Shown here one piece after another: positions 1 to 9,422 of a DNA stretch of 64,000 bases (the stretch's first letter is position 1; each line of letters begins with the position of its first letter). The notes below the pieces were generated by a model. That model was not told the DNA's origin and ran no database searches. It saw only the letters and a list, made by a program, of their open reading frames with translations. The position numbers were made by a program, and so were the translations under genes. The DNA is from a virus, in IMG/VR virus record IMGVR_UViG_3300037418_004082; one strand, 5' to 3'.

Positions 1-1050
1 CAGCGTGGGCAACAAGGCTGACGCGACGGTGAAGTGGTCCGTCGGCGTCTTGAGCACGAAGGTCAAGCCCACGTTCGCGTAGGCATTGCGAGTCGGCAGG
101 CCGGTGTGGTCGTCGATGAACTCGCGCAACAACTGCTGCCCGCGCTCGTTCATCAGCGCGGCGCCGATGGTCGGGAACTCCTTGAACAAGGGCACGTTCG
201 TCAACTTCGCCAGGTGTAGTTGTCGTTCTGCTTGCACTGACGCCTCCGTTCGGTACGTCACGTGCATAACCTCTCCGTCACGAGGCTGGCAACCTTCACG
301 GAACGTGATCGTGCCGTTGTCGTTCACGACGTAGTCGTGACCTTCGGACTGTACAATGCCGCCCACGGTAATCACGTGAGACACCGCGTCAACAGGTAGG
401 TTGACAGTTGCAGGTCCAACGGAGACACGCGTCACAATTTCCGGTTGTATACTTTCAGCGACGTCATTCAGCATTTGCATACGCACGGGATTGTTGACGG
501 CGATACCGTAGAGGGACTGACTAAGCAGCTCACGTGCATAGCGCTGCACGTTCGACCCGAACTCCGGGTGAATCTGCCAGCGGTCCTGCGCATAGCTGTC
601 GATCGGCTCGACCTGGAGCTGCTCGCCCAGCCGCGCGGCCGTCGCCATCAAGCGCTCCAGCGTGAGCCCTTCAGCAGGGCCTGCCGCGTCCCGCACCGTC
701 GCGCTCATGCTGACACCCAGCCTGGACGGCGGGGCCGACATCGCCTGGCGTAGCAGCGCCCTATCGAAGAAGCTGTCACCACCCACCGCCCAGAGGTCCA
801 TCGCTTCCGCGTTCCGCTGGATCATCGGGCGGCCGTCCGGCCCTAACAGCGCGTGGTAGTGGTAGTCGTCGAACGAGACGGGTTGCGCGGGCGCCGACCA
901 GTGGTACGTCGCCAGGACCTGCTCGCGGTCGAGCGCCGGCAAGTCGTCGATCAGGACCTGGTCGCAGGAATAGCCCGCGAGGCCCGTACCCAAGCGACGG
1001 CTCCGGGCCGCCTCCCGCCGCGCCCGCTTGCGCTGGGACTTCCTACCCAC
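1..1050 (-). CDS. hypothetical protein, 3'-truncated by the window edge; contains an Ig-like module resembling those in the tail-fibre genes
   Basis: Hand-translated open frame from GTG at 1050 (overlapping the stop of 1043..1702) to position 1 with no stop; absent from the ORF track. Contains VITVGGIVQSEGHDYVVNDNGTITF...HVTYR. Confidence 0.75.
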   Translation of the reverse strand, partial: MGRKSQRKRARREAARSRRLGTGLAGYSCDQVLIDDLPALDREQVLATYHWSAPAQPVSFDDYHYHALLGPDGRPMIQRNAEAMDLWAVGGDSFFDRALLRQAMSAPPSRLGVSMSATVRDAAGPAEGLTLERLMATAARLGEQLQVEPIDSYAQDRWQIHPEFGSNVQRYARELLSQSLYGIAVNNPVRMQMLNDVAESIQPEIVTRVSVGPATVNLPVDAVSHVITVGGIVQSEGHDYVVNDNGTITFREGCQPRDGEVMHVTYRTEASVQAERQLHLAKLTNVPLFKEFPTIGAALMNERGQQLLREFIDDHTGLPTRNAYANVGLTFVLKTPTDHFTVASALLPTL

Positions 1051-1702
1051 GCGCCGCCCGTCCGGCCAAGAGGCCCCGCAGGTAGGCGGCCTGCTCCTTG
1101 AACCGCTCGCCACCCCGACGCTCCATCTGCGTGGCCGCCTCGCCGATGTCGAAGCGCAGCCCCACCGCCTCCGCGCACTGCGTGGTGATCTCCTTCACGG
1201 CGTCGCACTTGGTGCAGAAGCACTCATACTTGCGGATGGCCGTGGCGTAGCTTTCGCCGCTCGTCACCCAGTCGTGCGGCTCGTCAGCGCAGTCGCTGGG
1301 CCCCACGCCAGACCAGTTCTGCTCGTTCGACCAGAGCACCTCGCCCGTGATTGCGTCCGAAACCTCCTGGCGCTGGATGAGCCCAGGATGCTTCAACGGG
1401 TTCCAGTACGTGACCTTTTGCACGGCGTTCACGTGCACCGTCACGTTGAACGTCTCCATGTTCACGTGGTTGATCGAGAACCTCTCGTTGGTCGGTAAAT
1501 GGTTCACGGTGACCGAACCGTAGCCGTCACCCGGGTCTACCTCGATGGTCGCGTCCGCACCACGCATCGCGTTCACGAAAACCTCGATGGCCGGGATAAA
1601 CCGCTGCAACGATGCGCGCGAGTCCTTCACGTCCGTGATCTCGACGCCCCAGGGCAGGTTCTCGTACCAGGTCTTCGTCGAACCCTTCAACGCTGTCGTC
1701 AT
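1043..1702 (-). CDS. hypothetical protein with C-x-C-x2-C cluster
   Basis: 219-aa ORF with GC3-biased codons, overlapping both neighbours. Confidence 0.75.
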   Translation of the reverse strand: MTTALKGSTKTWYENLPWGVEITDVKDSRASLQRFIPAIEVFVNAMRGADATIEVDPGDGYGSVTVNHLPTNERFSINHVNMETFNVTVHVNAVQKVTYWNPLKHPGLIQRQEVSDAITGEVLWSNEQNWSGVGPSDCADEPHDWVTSGESYATAIRKYECFCTKCDAVKEITTQCAEAVGLRFDIGEAATQMERRGGERFKEQAAYLRGLLAGRAARG

Positions 1703-2013
1703 AGCAACCGTCCTTTCCGCTTCAAGTTCTCGCGCATCGCGGCTTCGCTTACTCGTTGAATCACGGCGCCCAGCGTGTCCTTCACGTCCTGGTTCGTGTT
1801 CTTGAACACGTAGTTAGCTATCGCCAGTGGCTCGTCTCCGATGATACCCGATATGAACGTGTCCGCAAACGCCTCGTTCACGATAGTCACGTCATCAAAG
1901 TCGATCGTGTGACGACCGTTCGCCGTGTTCGGATTAGCTGGCAACTTAGCCAACTCCCCCAGTACACGTTCTGCTTGCTCGCGCGTCACGAGCTGGGTGT
2001 CTTTGATCTTCAT
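1699..2013 (-). CDS. STAS-like (DUF4325-like) protein
   Basis: TREQAERVL...IDFDDVTIVNEAFADTFISG matches the DUF4325 pattern (LDFxGV...SFADE). Confidence 0.65.
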   Translation of the reverse strand: MKIKDTQLVTREQAERVLGELAKLPANPNTANGRHTIDFDDVTIVNEAFADTFISGIIGDEPLAIANYVFKNTNQDVKDTLGAVIQRVSEAAMRENLKRKGRLL

Positions 2014-2017
2014 CGTC

Positions 2018-4603
2018 CTACTTCTTCCACTTGCTGCTGATCTGGCCGTCCGCCTTGTTGGGCACGTGCACCAGGATGCCCGCGCCCGCCCCCTCCATCG
2101 CGGCCACGACGGCGGCCAGGCAGGCTTCGGCCTGGCTCTTCTTGCACTTGACCACCAGCTCGTCGTGCACCTGCAGCACGATCTGCCACTGGCGCATCAA
2201 CGCCACCATCGCGCGCTTCACGATCTCCGCGCCGTTGCTCTGAATCGGGAAGTTCAACGCCCGCTGGTAGCAGGATACGCGCTGGATCTTCCCGTCCTCT
2301 TCCATGGTCACCTCGCGGGGCATCACGCGCACGCGGCCCAGCGAGTTCTCCACGATGTACGGCCCGTAGCCGTTCTTGATGTCCGTCTTGATGCGCTGGT
2401 GCCAGCCGCCCACGCCGGGGAACGTGCTGAAGTAGCCGTTGCGCTGCGTCTGCGCCTCCGCGTCCGACCACACCAGGCCGTACTGCTCCCAGGCCATGAT
2501 CTTCAGCTTGGGCCAGCCCGCGCCGTACGACAAGCCGAAGTTAGGCACCTTGGCGTTGTTACGGGCCTTCACGAACTCCGGGATCTTGTCCACCTTGTAG
2601 CGCTGGTACATCTCCTCGTACGTGACGCCCATGTTACGTGCCGCGGTCAAGCAGTGCGCGTCCTTGTCGCGGATGAACAGGTCGATCATCGACGCGTCCA
2701 TCGTCCACTCTGCCAACAAGCGCATCTCGATGTTGCTCAAGTCGCAGATGATGAACGTCCACGGGTCGTTCGGGTCGTTGTCTTCACACGCTTCCGCGTC
2801 CACGCACGCGCGCAGCTCCTTCGACTCCTTCGCCTTCGACGGGATGTTCTGGAAGTTAGGTCCGCTTGACGACAACCGGGACGTGCTGGTCTGGTACTGG
2901 TTGAAGCTCGCGTGCACGCGCTTCGTGACGGACGACACCTTCGTCAAGAAGGACAACGTGAAGTCCATCATCTTCGTGACGGACTTCCAGCGCAGGATCT
3001 TTCGGATGACCTCGTGGTCGATGTGCCGCTTCAGCTCCGCGCCGCGGTAGTTGGGCAGGGGGATGCCGCGCGCGTTCAGCTTCGGCACCATGTACACCTG
3101 CGAGCCCAGCTTGACCTCCTCGTCCGGGTGGTCCTTGAGCATCGTGATCAGCTCGTGCTCCAGGCGCTTGGCCTCGTGCAGCAACGCGATGTGCGTGCGC
3201 ATCGCCTGGCCGCGGTTGATGGGGATGCCGTGCAGCTCCATCCGCGCGATGGCCTCCGCCACGTCGCACTCCAGCTTGAACAGGTACGGCCAGGGCGTGC
3301 GACCTTGACGGTCACGGTGGGCGTGCAGCTCCTGCAACTGGTCCCACGCCAACCGCGGCATCCACATCGCGTCGAACGCGGCGTACACGACCTGGCGGGG
3401 CGAGAGGTCCTGGTGGATCCTGAAGGTCGCCTGCGGCTCCGGCGGCATCGGCTCGATCTTCTTCAGGCGCTTGTAGGCCGGGTCGTTCAGGTGCGCTTCG
3501 CAGAGCTGCTTGGTGTTGGCGCCGCTGCCCTTGAGGTAGGTAGGGGGCGCGTTGCAGCCGTCGAACATGCAGATGTTCACCCGGTTCTTCACCGGGTCCT
3601 TCTCCGGCTCCACGCGTTCCACGAAGCCCTTGCGGCGGAAGCTGGTTCGCAACGCCGGGTCCTTGTCCATGAGCTGGCCGTAGCGGCGCTGGATGACCGA
3701 GCCCAAGCCGATGCAGCTCGCGTCGAAGTCCATGCGGGTGACCTCGCCGAAGCCGTAGCCTTGGGCCAGGATGTACTCCGCAGCGATGCTGTCGTGGACG
3801 CTGTCCATGTACAGGTCCTCGCCGAAATACTTCATGAACCACTTGCGTTCGAACGAGCTGTTGTGAATGATCTTCGTGCACGCGTTCTCGCGCAGGTACG
3901 CTTCGAAGAACTCCACGTCCTTCACGTCAAGTAGCGTCTGCGGGAAGTCGAGGTGCACGACATACACGTGGTTGTTCAGCTCGACCTGCACGGTCGCGAC
4001 TTCACCGTCCCACGGGTTGATGACGCCTTCGGTTTCGATGTCGAGCCCGCTGTACTGGGGACCCGTCCACTTCCAGTTCGACAACTGCTTGCGCTTGCCG
4101 TTCGCGTGCTGCCCGATGATGAACGTCGAGAAGCAACCGCGCATGAACGAGAAGTCCTTCACGACGGTGACGTTGGCCGGCACGGTGAACACGTGCTCGA
4201 ACCCGTCGGGACCGTAGTGAGCGCCCATGGGGAGGGGCTCCGGCACGCGTACGACTTCGAGCACGGGAAGCGTGGGGGTGAGCGTGCCCTGGAGCTGTTG
4301 CACGAGCGTCGCGTTCTGCTGACGCGCTTCAACCGGGGAGACGACGCCAGCGGCAGCGTAGGCGGGGTTCGCGGGCGTCCAGGGGTTCTGGCCTTGGGAG
4401 GCTGCGAGGACGTTGTAGGCGGCGGGCACCTGGGCGGCGGGGACGACGTAGGGCTGTTGTTGCGTGACGGGCGTGCCCGGGAGGACCTGGAACTGCGGGT
4501 TAGAGGGGTAGGGGGTAGGCGCCGGGGCACTCTGGGCAGCGACCGACGGCCCGCCGATGGTGGGCGCGAGGCTGTTGGTGGGGAACTGGGGTGCGAAAGT
4601 CAT
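2018..4603 (-). CDS. polA: DNA polymerase, family A, with 3'-5' exonuclease
   Basis: ExoI GLDIETEG, ExoIII YAAFDA, motif A CDLSNIEMRLLA, motif B RNNAKVPNFGLSYG, motif C QVHDELV. Confidence 0.96.
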   Translation of the reverse strand: MTFAPQFPTNSLAPTIGGPSVAAQSAPAPTPYPSNPQFQVLPGTPVTQQQPYVVPAAQVPAAYNVLAASQGQNPWTPANPAYAAAGVVSPVEARQQNATLVQQLQGTLTPTLPVLEVVRVPEPLPMGAHYGPDGFEHVFTVPANVTVVKDFSFMRGCFSTFIIGQHANGKRKQLSNWKWTGPQYSGLDIETEGVINPWDGEVATVQVELNNHVYVVHLDFPQTLLDVKDVEFFEAYLRENACTKIIHNSSFERKWFMKYFGEDLYMDSVHDSIAAEYILAQGYGFGEVTRMDFDASCIGLGSVIQRRYGQLMDKDPALRTSFRRKGFVERVEPEKDPVKNRVNICMFDGCNAPPTYLKGSGANTKQLCEAHLNDPAYKRLKKIEPMPPEPQATFRIHQDLSPRQVVYAAFDAMWMPRLAWDQLQELHAHRDRQGRTPWPYLFKLECDVAEAIARMELHGIPINRGQAMRTHIALLHEAKRLEHELITMLKDHPDEEVKLGSQVYMVPKLNARGIPLPNYRGAELKRHIDHEVIRKILRWKSVTKMMDFTLSFLTKVSSVTKRVHASFNQYQTSTSRLSSSGPNFQNIPSKAKESKELRACVDAEACEDNDPNDPWTFIICDLSNIEMRLLAEWTMDASMIDLFIRDKDAHCLTAARNMGVTYEEMYQRYKVDKIPEFVKARNNAKVPNFGLSYGAGWPKLKIMAWEQYGLVWSDAEAQTQRNGYFSTFPGVGGWHQRIKTDIKNGYGPYIVENSLGRVRVMPREVTMEEDGKIQRVSCYQRALNFPIQSNGAEIVKRAMVALMRQWQIVLQVHDELVVKCKKSQAEACLAAVVAAMEGAGAGILVHVPNKADGQISSKWKK

Positions 4604-4649
4604 GCGAATAAGCTCCGGTGCCGACGGGCGCTGAACCAGTCAGGCAAAC

Positions 4650-4659
4650 ATTATACCCG
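4650..4659 (-). promoter_or_regulatory. -10-like element (CGGGTATAAT) upstream of polA
   Basis: Perfect TATAAT in the intergenic gap 47 nt before the polA start; the same decamer occurs at 43286-43295 (+). Confidence 0.55.
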
Positions 4660-4675
4660 ACCGGGTGTTCGAGTT

Positions 4676-5044
4676 CTAGTCCTTCGAGGGGTCTGGTGGC
4701 GCGGTTCCTGCCAAGGCAGTTGCGATGTGCACCTTCAGCCAGGACACGAAGCCCTGGGGGTCGGTCACGGCGTCCGCGCACTTGCCCAGGTAGACGAGCC
4801 AGGCACCCAGGCGCTCCGCCTCGCTCACCGGGACGGTGTCGCGACCTGCTATCGTAGGCGCCATGTCACCCATCTCCTCCGGTTCGTAGTACCAGCAGGC
4901 GCCCGGGATGTCGTGGTCCTTCCGGCACTGCGCGACCAGGATCATGGCCGCCAGCACATCGAGCCCCGTGTCGATCACCTCGCGGCCACCGGTGAGCTGC
5001 TGCAGGAACACGACCCTGAACGTGGGCTTCGGCTTGTCGGCCAT
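4676..5044 (-). CDS. hypothetical protein
   Basis: 122-aa ORF preceded by GGAGG. Confidence 0.75.
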   Translation of the reverse strand: MADKPKPTFRVVFLQQLTGGREVIDTGLDVLAAMILVAQCRKDHDIPGACWYYEPEEMGDMAPTIAGRDTVPVSEAERLGAWLVYLGKCADAVTDPQGFVSWLKVHIATALAGTAPPDPSKD

Positions 5045-5056
5045 GTGCGCCTCCTT

Positions 5057-5287
5057 CTACGCCAGCAGGCGCTGCTTCCAGTTCGCCTTGCACCACTTCG
5101 CCCACCAGTTGAAGCAGGGCATCAGCTCCTGCTTGGTGGCAGGGTCGTCGAGCACGGCCAAGAACGTCGTCAGTTCGTCCTGCTCCCATCCCGACCAGAA
5201 GAGCTTACGGCAACACGGCAGGCACAGGACCAGGTCCTCGACCAGTTTCTCGCACGGGGCCTGGCAGGCTTCGCAGACCTCGCTCAC
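5057..5287 (-). CDS. small Cys-rich hypothetical protein
   Basis: 76 aa with CEAC...C...CxxC; overlaps the upstream gene. Confidence 0.7.
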   Translation of the reverse strand: MSEVCEACQAPCEKLVEDLVLCLPCCRKLFWSGWEQDELTTFLAVLDDPATKQELMPCFNWWAKWCKANWKQRLLA

Positions 5288-5715
5288 CGATTCTCCCTCC
5301 GTACGTCACCCGCCTGCACGGGCCTACCAAAGCCGAAGCCGGCGAAGTCGAGCGTGTCGGGCTCTTTCCGGCCACCGGGAATGACGCGGTTGACCAAGCC
5401 CACGAACTCCTGCCCGTTCCACGGAATGGTCACCACGTCGCCTACGTGCAGCACCCGCGGCGACTGGAAGGAGCCGAAGCCCAGCGCCGTGGTGACACGG
5501 GCGCTGACGTTGTAGGTGCGGGGCTCGTCACGGAGAGGTGCCGGGGGCCGTGGGAAGCCCCGTCCGCCGAACCGGTAGTCGATGGTCGGAGGCGGCTTCT
5601 TGCTCTTCGGGTCGATCGGACGTGTCACGCCGTGCCAGCCGCGGTAGAGCCAGCAGGGCCAGCACTCCGTGTCCGACGCCAGATACTTCACCGAATTGCA
5701 GTTCGTGCACACCAT
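5284..5715 (-). CDS. hypothetical protein with N-terminal Zn-ribbon
   Basis: CTNC...CWPC. Confidence 0.7.
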   Translation of the reverse strand: MVCTNCNSVKYLASDTECWPCWLYRGWHGVTRPIDPKSKKPPPTIDYRFGGRGFPRPPAPLRDEPRTYNVSARVTTALGFGSFQSPRVLHVGDVVTIPWNGQEFVGLVNRVIPGGRKEPDTLDFAGFGFGRPVQAGDVRRENR

Positions 5716-5724
5716 GAGCGTCAG

Positions 5725-6081
5725 CTATTTGGCGATGCCACGCGTCGGGAAAGGGAACGGACTCCACGTAACACCACAGTGCTCGCACGTGTGGCTCGTG
5801 TGCCGCACCATGGTAGGTTCGTCAACGTGCTTCTCGCCGCACGTGGGGCAGTCGAGCCGACAGTCCATACCGTTGTGGTTGATGTCCGCCGTGATGGCGT
5901 CCAGGTCTGCCTTCAGCGACGCGAACTGCGGGTAGTTAGCAAGTGCGTTGGCGTAACCCACGAGACCGTAGAACGCGAACGGGTCGCGCTCGTATTCGAA
6001 CGTGAACGTCGGGCCGACGGGCTTGCCGTCCGCACGTGTTACCTTGTACTTGTCGAACAAACCCTTGCCGTGTTCAGGCAT
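5725..6081 (-). CDS. phage protein with C-terminal Zn-binding motif
   Basis: CPTCGEKH...HTSHTCEHCG. Confidence 0.75.
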   Translation of the reverse strand: MPEHGKGLFDKYKVTRADGKPVGPTFTFEYERDPFAFYGLVGYANALANYPQFASLKADLDAITADINHNGMDCRLDCPTCGEKHVDEPTMVRHTSHTCEHCGVTWSPFPFPTRGIAK

Positions 6082-6433
6082 CTTTCTTCTCCTCTGCTTG
6101 GGCGGGTGGCTTCTTGCCGGCCTGGTGTAAGAGGTCGTCCATCATGGCCTTGGTCAGAACCGTGGTCGCGTGGCGGCCGTTCTCCGTGACCGCGATGTAC
6201 CAGCGGTTCTTCTTGTTGCCGCAGGCCAGATACCAGGATTCGAGCAGACCCCAGCCCTCCTTCGGGTAGAGCCAACGCTTGAAGTGCTTGGGCCGACGCA
6301 GCCGGGTGTTCTCCCACAGCATTCGCATCAACAACGTACGTGCAGAGTCTCGTGACGCTTTAGGGTCAACACGCTCGATGTAGCGCTTGACGGCGTGAGC
6401 AGACACGGAGACACCACGCATATTGACGAGCAC
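6074..6433 (-). CDS. basic protein, DUF4258/RelE-like (candidate BECR-fold RNase)
   Basis: SAHAVKRYIER N-terminus and TTVLT C-terminal strand; same pattern as 49090..49452. Confidence 0.55.
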   Translation of the reverse strand: MLVNMRGVSVSAHAVKRYIERVDPKASRDSARTLLMRMLWENTRLRRPKHFKRWLYPKEGWGLLESWYLACGNKKNRWYIAVTENGRHATTVLTKAMMDDLLHQAGKKPPAQAEEKKDA

Positions 6434-6434
6434 G

Positions 6435-6785
6435 TTACACGACCTGCAGCATCTTGTCCGTGACGTTAAACAACGAGATGACCGCTGCCTCGTGAGCCGG
6501 GTTGTACGTCCCTTCGATCACGATGGCCTTGCCGTCCTCGTCGGCGGGCTCGACGATGACGCCACGGTCGGCCAACCATTTCTTGAGTCGCACGACTTCG
6601 TGCACGAGGCGGAAGTGGTTACCCACGACGATGTGCACGTACGGATAAGGCTGATCGCACTCGAACTCGTGCGTCTTGCCGTCGCCGGAGTCGCGCGTGT
6701 CGAAGCCGTCGGCGCGCAGGGCCTTGACCAGCTCGCGGATGCCGGGGTTGAGCTTGGAGGTGTCGATCGGTTCAATGTTCGTCAT
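6435..6785 (-). CDS. hypothetical phage protein
   Basis: Start moved to ATG 6785 (MTNIEPID); contains PGIRELVKALRADGFDTRDSGDG. Confidence 0.7.
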   Translation of the reverse strand: MTNIEPIDTSKLNPGIRELVKALRADGFDTRDSGDGKTHEFECDQPYPYVHIVVGNHFRLVHEVVRLKKWLADRGVIVEPADEDGKAIVIEGTYNPAHEAAVISLFNVTDKMLQVV

Positions 6786-6908
6786 CGGGTGTCTCCGGTC
6801 GTACGGGTGGCGTGATCGGGATCGTGCTCGCGTCGGGGTTGGCACGTCCACACGCGCCGCAGAACACGTCCTTGTCGAAGTTGGCCCAGAAGCACTGGCA
6901 CTTCCACG

Positions 6909-7211
6909 TCACCAGGCACCTCCGCTGAAGTAGCGCGCCGTGATGCGCGTGTACGAAGCGATGTGCGGACCACCCTTCACGACAGACACTTGACGTGCGG
7001 CCATGTGACCGCCTGTGATACGCCCCGTAATCTCGCCATCGCGCTCGTTGTCCATCAAGTGCACGCCGCTCTCGCCTTCCGCGAACAGATAGATGGCACG
7101 GTCCGGGAACTTGGCCCGCAACGAGTCCATCTCCTTGGCGATGGCCTCGAAGTGGGCCCTGATGCGCTCGATCTCCGGCGCCTTGGCGAGCTTGGTGTCT
7201 TCGTTGCTCAC
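6909..7211 (-). CDS. hypothetical protein
   Basis: 100-aa ORF overlapping the upstream stop. Confidence 0.7.
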   Translation of the reverse strand: MSNEDTKLAKAPEIERIRAHFEAIAKEMDSLRAKFPDRAIYLFAEGESGVHLMDNERDGEITGRITGGHMAARQVSVVKGGPHIASYTRITARYFSGGAW

Positions 7212-7366
7212 CCGCGCTTCTCCATCTCGATCAGGCGCTCCAGCTCGCTCTCGCGCCGCTCCGCCGCGTACTGCTTCTCCTTGAGCCGCAGGACGGACGC
7301 CTTGGCGCGCTTGATCTTGTCACGCACCTGGCGCAGCTCGTACCGCAGGTCCGACAGGCGCGACAT
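7208..7366 (-). CDS. small coiled-coil protein
   Basis: MSRLSDLRYELRQVRDKIKR...; TGATG coupling to the upstream gene. Confidence 0.65.
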   Translation of the reverse strand: MSRLSDLRYELRQVRDKIKRAKASVLRLKEKQYAAERRESELERLIEMEKRG

Positions 7367-7608
7367 CAGCGCAGCCTCTTGCGGAACAAGTAGTGCGTGG
7401 TGCTGTAGGTGCCGGCCGCCGCGTAGGGCTCCCAGCCGGCGTCGAGCTTGGCTTGCACCTGGGACCAGTCCGTGACCTCGCACATCGCCCACGCGGGCTG
7501 CGCCGCTGCTCGTGCCTGGGCGGACGCGTTGAGGATCATGCAGCCGGCGCCGATGAGCACGCCGAGCGTCATACCCGTGAGCGTGCCCATGAACGTGTGG
7601 CCCGACAT
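7366..7608 (-). CDS. membrane-anchored DUF4177/DUF1737-like protein
   Basis: N-terminal hydrophobic helix, then LDAGWEPYA...YLFRKR. Confidence 0.6.
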   Translation of the reverse strand: MSGHTFMGTLTGMTLGVLIGAGCMILNASAQARAAAQPAWAMCEVTDWSQVQAKLDAGWEPYAAAGTYSTTHYLFRKRLR

Positions 7609-7838
7609 CAGCGTGCCCTCCGACGCAGGAAGTACGTCTTGTGGTAGGTGGTCTCCGACCCCGCGAAGGGCTCCCAGCCCTCCTTGAGGTACTGCTTCAA
7701 GTTCTCGAAGTCCTCCGTCACGGCGACGTCCCACTTGGGAGGCACTTCGGCGTGGGCTTGATGTGACGAGATGACCCAGCACAGGGCTGCGGGCACGGCG
7801 AACAACCAGACCGGCGGGAAAGTTAGGATGTCTTTCAA
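7608..7838 (-). CDS. membrane-anchored DUF4177/DUF1737-like protein (paralog)
   Basis: TTG start after AAGGAGA; hydrophobic helix, then LKEGWEPFA...YFLRRR. Confidence 0.6.
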   Translation of the reverse strand: MKDILTFPPVWLFAVPAALCWVISSHQAHAEVPPKWDVAVTEDFENLKQYLKEGWEPFAGSETTYHKTYFLRRRAR

Positions 7839-8035
7839 CAAGGATGTGTCTCCTTCACGTGTAGACGACGTGACGGTAGCGTGTACTCGATCGACACCTT
7901 CATACCGTACATCTCTGTGATGCGATTCCACGAAGAGTAACACGGCTTGTCACGTAGCCGGTGCACGCGTTCTTCGATCGTGCCGTCGGGCATCTGGATC
8001 ATCACCTTGAACGCGATGATCCTGGGGCGGTCCAC
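7835..8035 (-). CDS. hypothetical protein
   Basis: 66-aa ORF filling the gap between neighbours. Confidence 0.5.
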   Translation of the reverse strand: MDRPRIIAFKVMIQMPDGTIEERVHRLRDKPCYSSWNRITEMYGMKVSIEYTLPSRRLHVKETHPC

Positions 8036-8215
8036 CTAGAAGTCCCGGCCCCTGCGAAGGGCCTGCGTCATCTCGACGTTCGCGCGGGTCAGGTCCATGT
8101 TCTCGCGACGTGCATCACGCAGCGCACGCTCTGCTTCGTCGCGCTGGTGTAGCACAACGAAGAAGCCCACGGTCAACAGCGTGGTCGTCACGACGTAGTA
8201 CACGACGGCCCACAT
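8036..8215 (-). CDS. small membrane protein with coiled coil
   Basis: MWAVVYYVVTTTLLTVGFFVVL... transmembrane helix. Confidence 0.65.
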   Translation of the reverse strand: MWAVVYYVVTTTLLTVGFFVVLHQRDEAERALRDARRENMDLTRANVEMTQALRRGRDF

Positions 8216-8216
8216 G

Positions 8217-8666
8217 CTACTTGCTCCCCGATAAAGGCTTCGACATCGTCTTGGCCCACTCCACCGCGTGACGCACGGCGAACAGCAGGGAGTCACCGTA
8301 CGCGTAGCCGATGTACGAGCCGCCCGTGAGGTCGCCGTCCTCGTCCACCACCGGCGTGTGGACCTCGATCAAGAAGCCCAAATAGCCCGCGTTCATCACG
8401 AAGTTGACGAAGTCCTCGAAGCTGTCGATGCGGTCGCCGTCGTAGTCGTCGCTCTCCTGCCACTCGATGGCCTTCGCCAGCTCCGGGATGGCCGCGCGCA
8501 CCGGCGCGAACGCCTTGCCGTCGGGCTCCGCGTTGAGCACCAGCTCGTCGTCGAGGTCGCTCTCGTCGTGCGCCGCGAGCGCGCCCAGGTGGATGATGCG
8601 CATCACGCGCACCGCGTTGTCCTGGCACAGGTCGCGGATGAGGATGTGGTCGTTGTTCTGGCTCAT
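8217..8666 (-). CDS. acidic hypothetical protein
   Basis: Start MSQNND at 8666 after GAGGA. Confidence 0.7.
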   Translation of the reverse strand: MSQNNDHILIRDLCQDNAVRVMRIIHLGALAAHDESDLDDELVLNAEPDGKAFAPVRAAIPELAKAIEWQESDDYDGDRIDSFEDFVNFVMNAGYLGFLIEVHTPVVDEDGDLTGGSYIGYAYGDSLLFAVRHAVEWAKTMSKPLSGSK

Positions 8667-8869
8667 TTCTTCCTCTTCTTGCTGGTCTTGGGCGGCTCCG
8701 GGGTAGGGGCGCTCTCGTTGATGGTCAGGTCCGCCCAGCTCTTGAGCAAGCCCAAGCACAGGCCCACGTCGCCGTGGTCGCCCTTCTTGAGCGAGTTCTC
8801 CAGGCGCGCGAGCGTGTCCTTCGACAGCTTGGCGGTCTCGTGGATCGTGGTGAGCTTCTGCTGCGACAT
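8663..8869 (-). CDS. hypothetical protein
   Basis: MSQQKLTT...; translationally coupled to neighbours. Confidence 0.65.
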   Translation of the reverse strand: MSQQKLTTIHETAKLSKDTLARLENSLKKGDHGDVGLCLGLLKSWADLTINESAPTPEPPKTSKKRKK

Positions 8870-9183
8870 CAGTAGGGCTTCTTTCCATGCGTCACGAAGA
8901 AGCTGACGCCCACCTCTTCGAGATACGGGATGCCCAGCACCTCCGCCATGATGGCGCCGTGAACACGCAGGTACTTCACCTTGGCCTTCGTGTGCTTGCA
9001 GTTCGGCTTCACGCCGGGCGCCAGCTCCATGAACCCACCGCCCTTGCCCTCCTTGTAGTGCAGACGAAGCACCACGTCGCTGCCACGATCGTGCAGCTTG
9101 ATGTGCTGGTCGTGGTAGTCCTTGTCGTGGGCCTTGTTCCTGGCAACTTCCGTGAGCGCGGCGATCATCTCGTGACTGCTCAT
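8869..9183 (-). CDS. hypothetical protein
   Basis: MSSHEMIAAL...; coupled start/stop. Confidence 0.7.
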   Translation of the reverse strand: MSSHEMIAALTEVARNKAHDKDYHDQHIKLHDRGSDVVLRLHYKEGKGGGFMELAPGVKPNCKHTKAKVKYLRVHGAIMAEVLGIPYLEEVGVSFFVTHGKKPY

Positions 9184-9422
9184 TACGTGTTGGTCTCCTT
9201 GTTGGCTCGCGTCCCGCCCAGGTCGGGTGCATTGCCGATGCCTTCGAGCTGCGCCACACGACCTTCCAGCTCGATGATGTGGTCGATCAGCCGGTTGAAC
9301 ATCGCGCGGGTGTCTTCGTCCATCCACGGGTTCCGGGTTCGTTCGAGCACCGGCAGCTTGTCGTGTTCGGGGCACCGGGCGTAGCTGGAGTGGCCGGTGC
9401 AGCCGCAGACGAACTTAGGCAC
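9183..9422 (-). CDS. hypothetical protein
   Basis: 79 aa with CGC...C..H. Confidence 0.6.
   Translation of the reverse strand: MPKFVCGCTGHSSYARCPEHDKLPVLERTRNPWMDEDTRAMFNRLIDHIIELEGRVAQLEGIGNAPDLGGTRANKETNT

Noticed and set aside
3380-3660. Intein in PolA
   Set aside because: The insert is short and lacks intein splice-junction residues and homing endonuclease motifs.
6435-6785. TYW3-like methyltransferase
   Set aside because: Only a loose N-terminal resemblance; SCxGH reads SGDG and the protein is too short.
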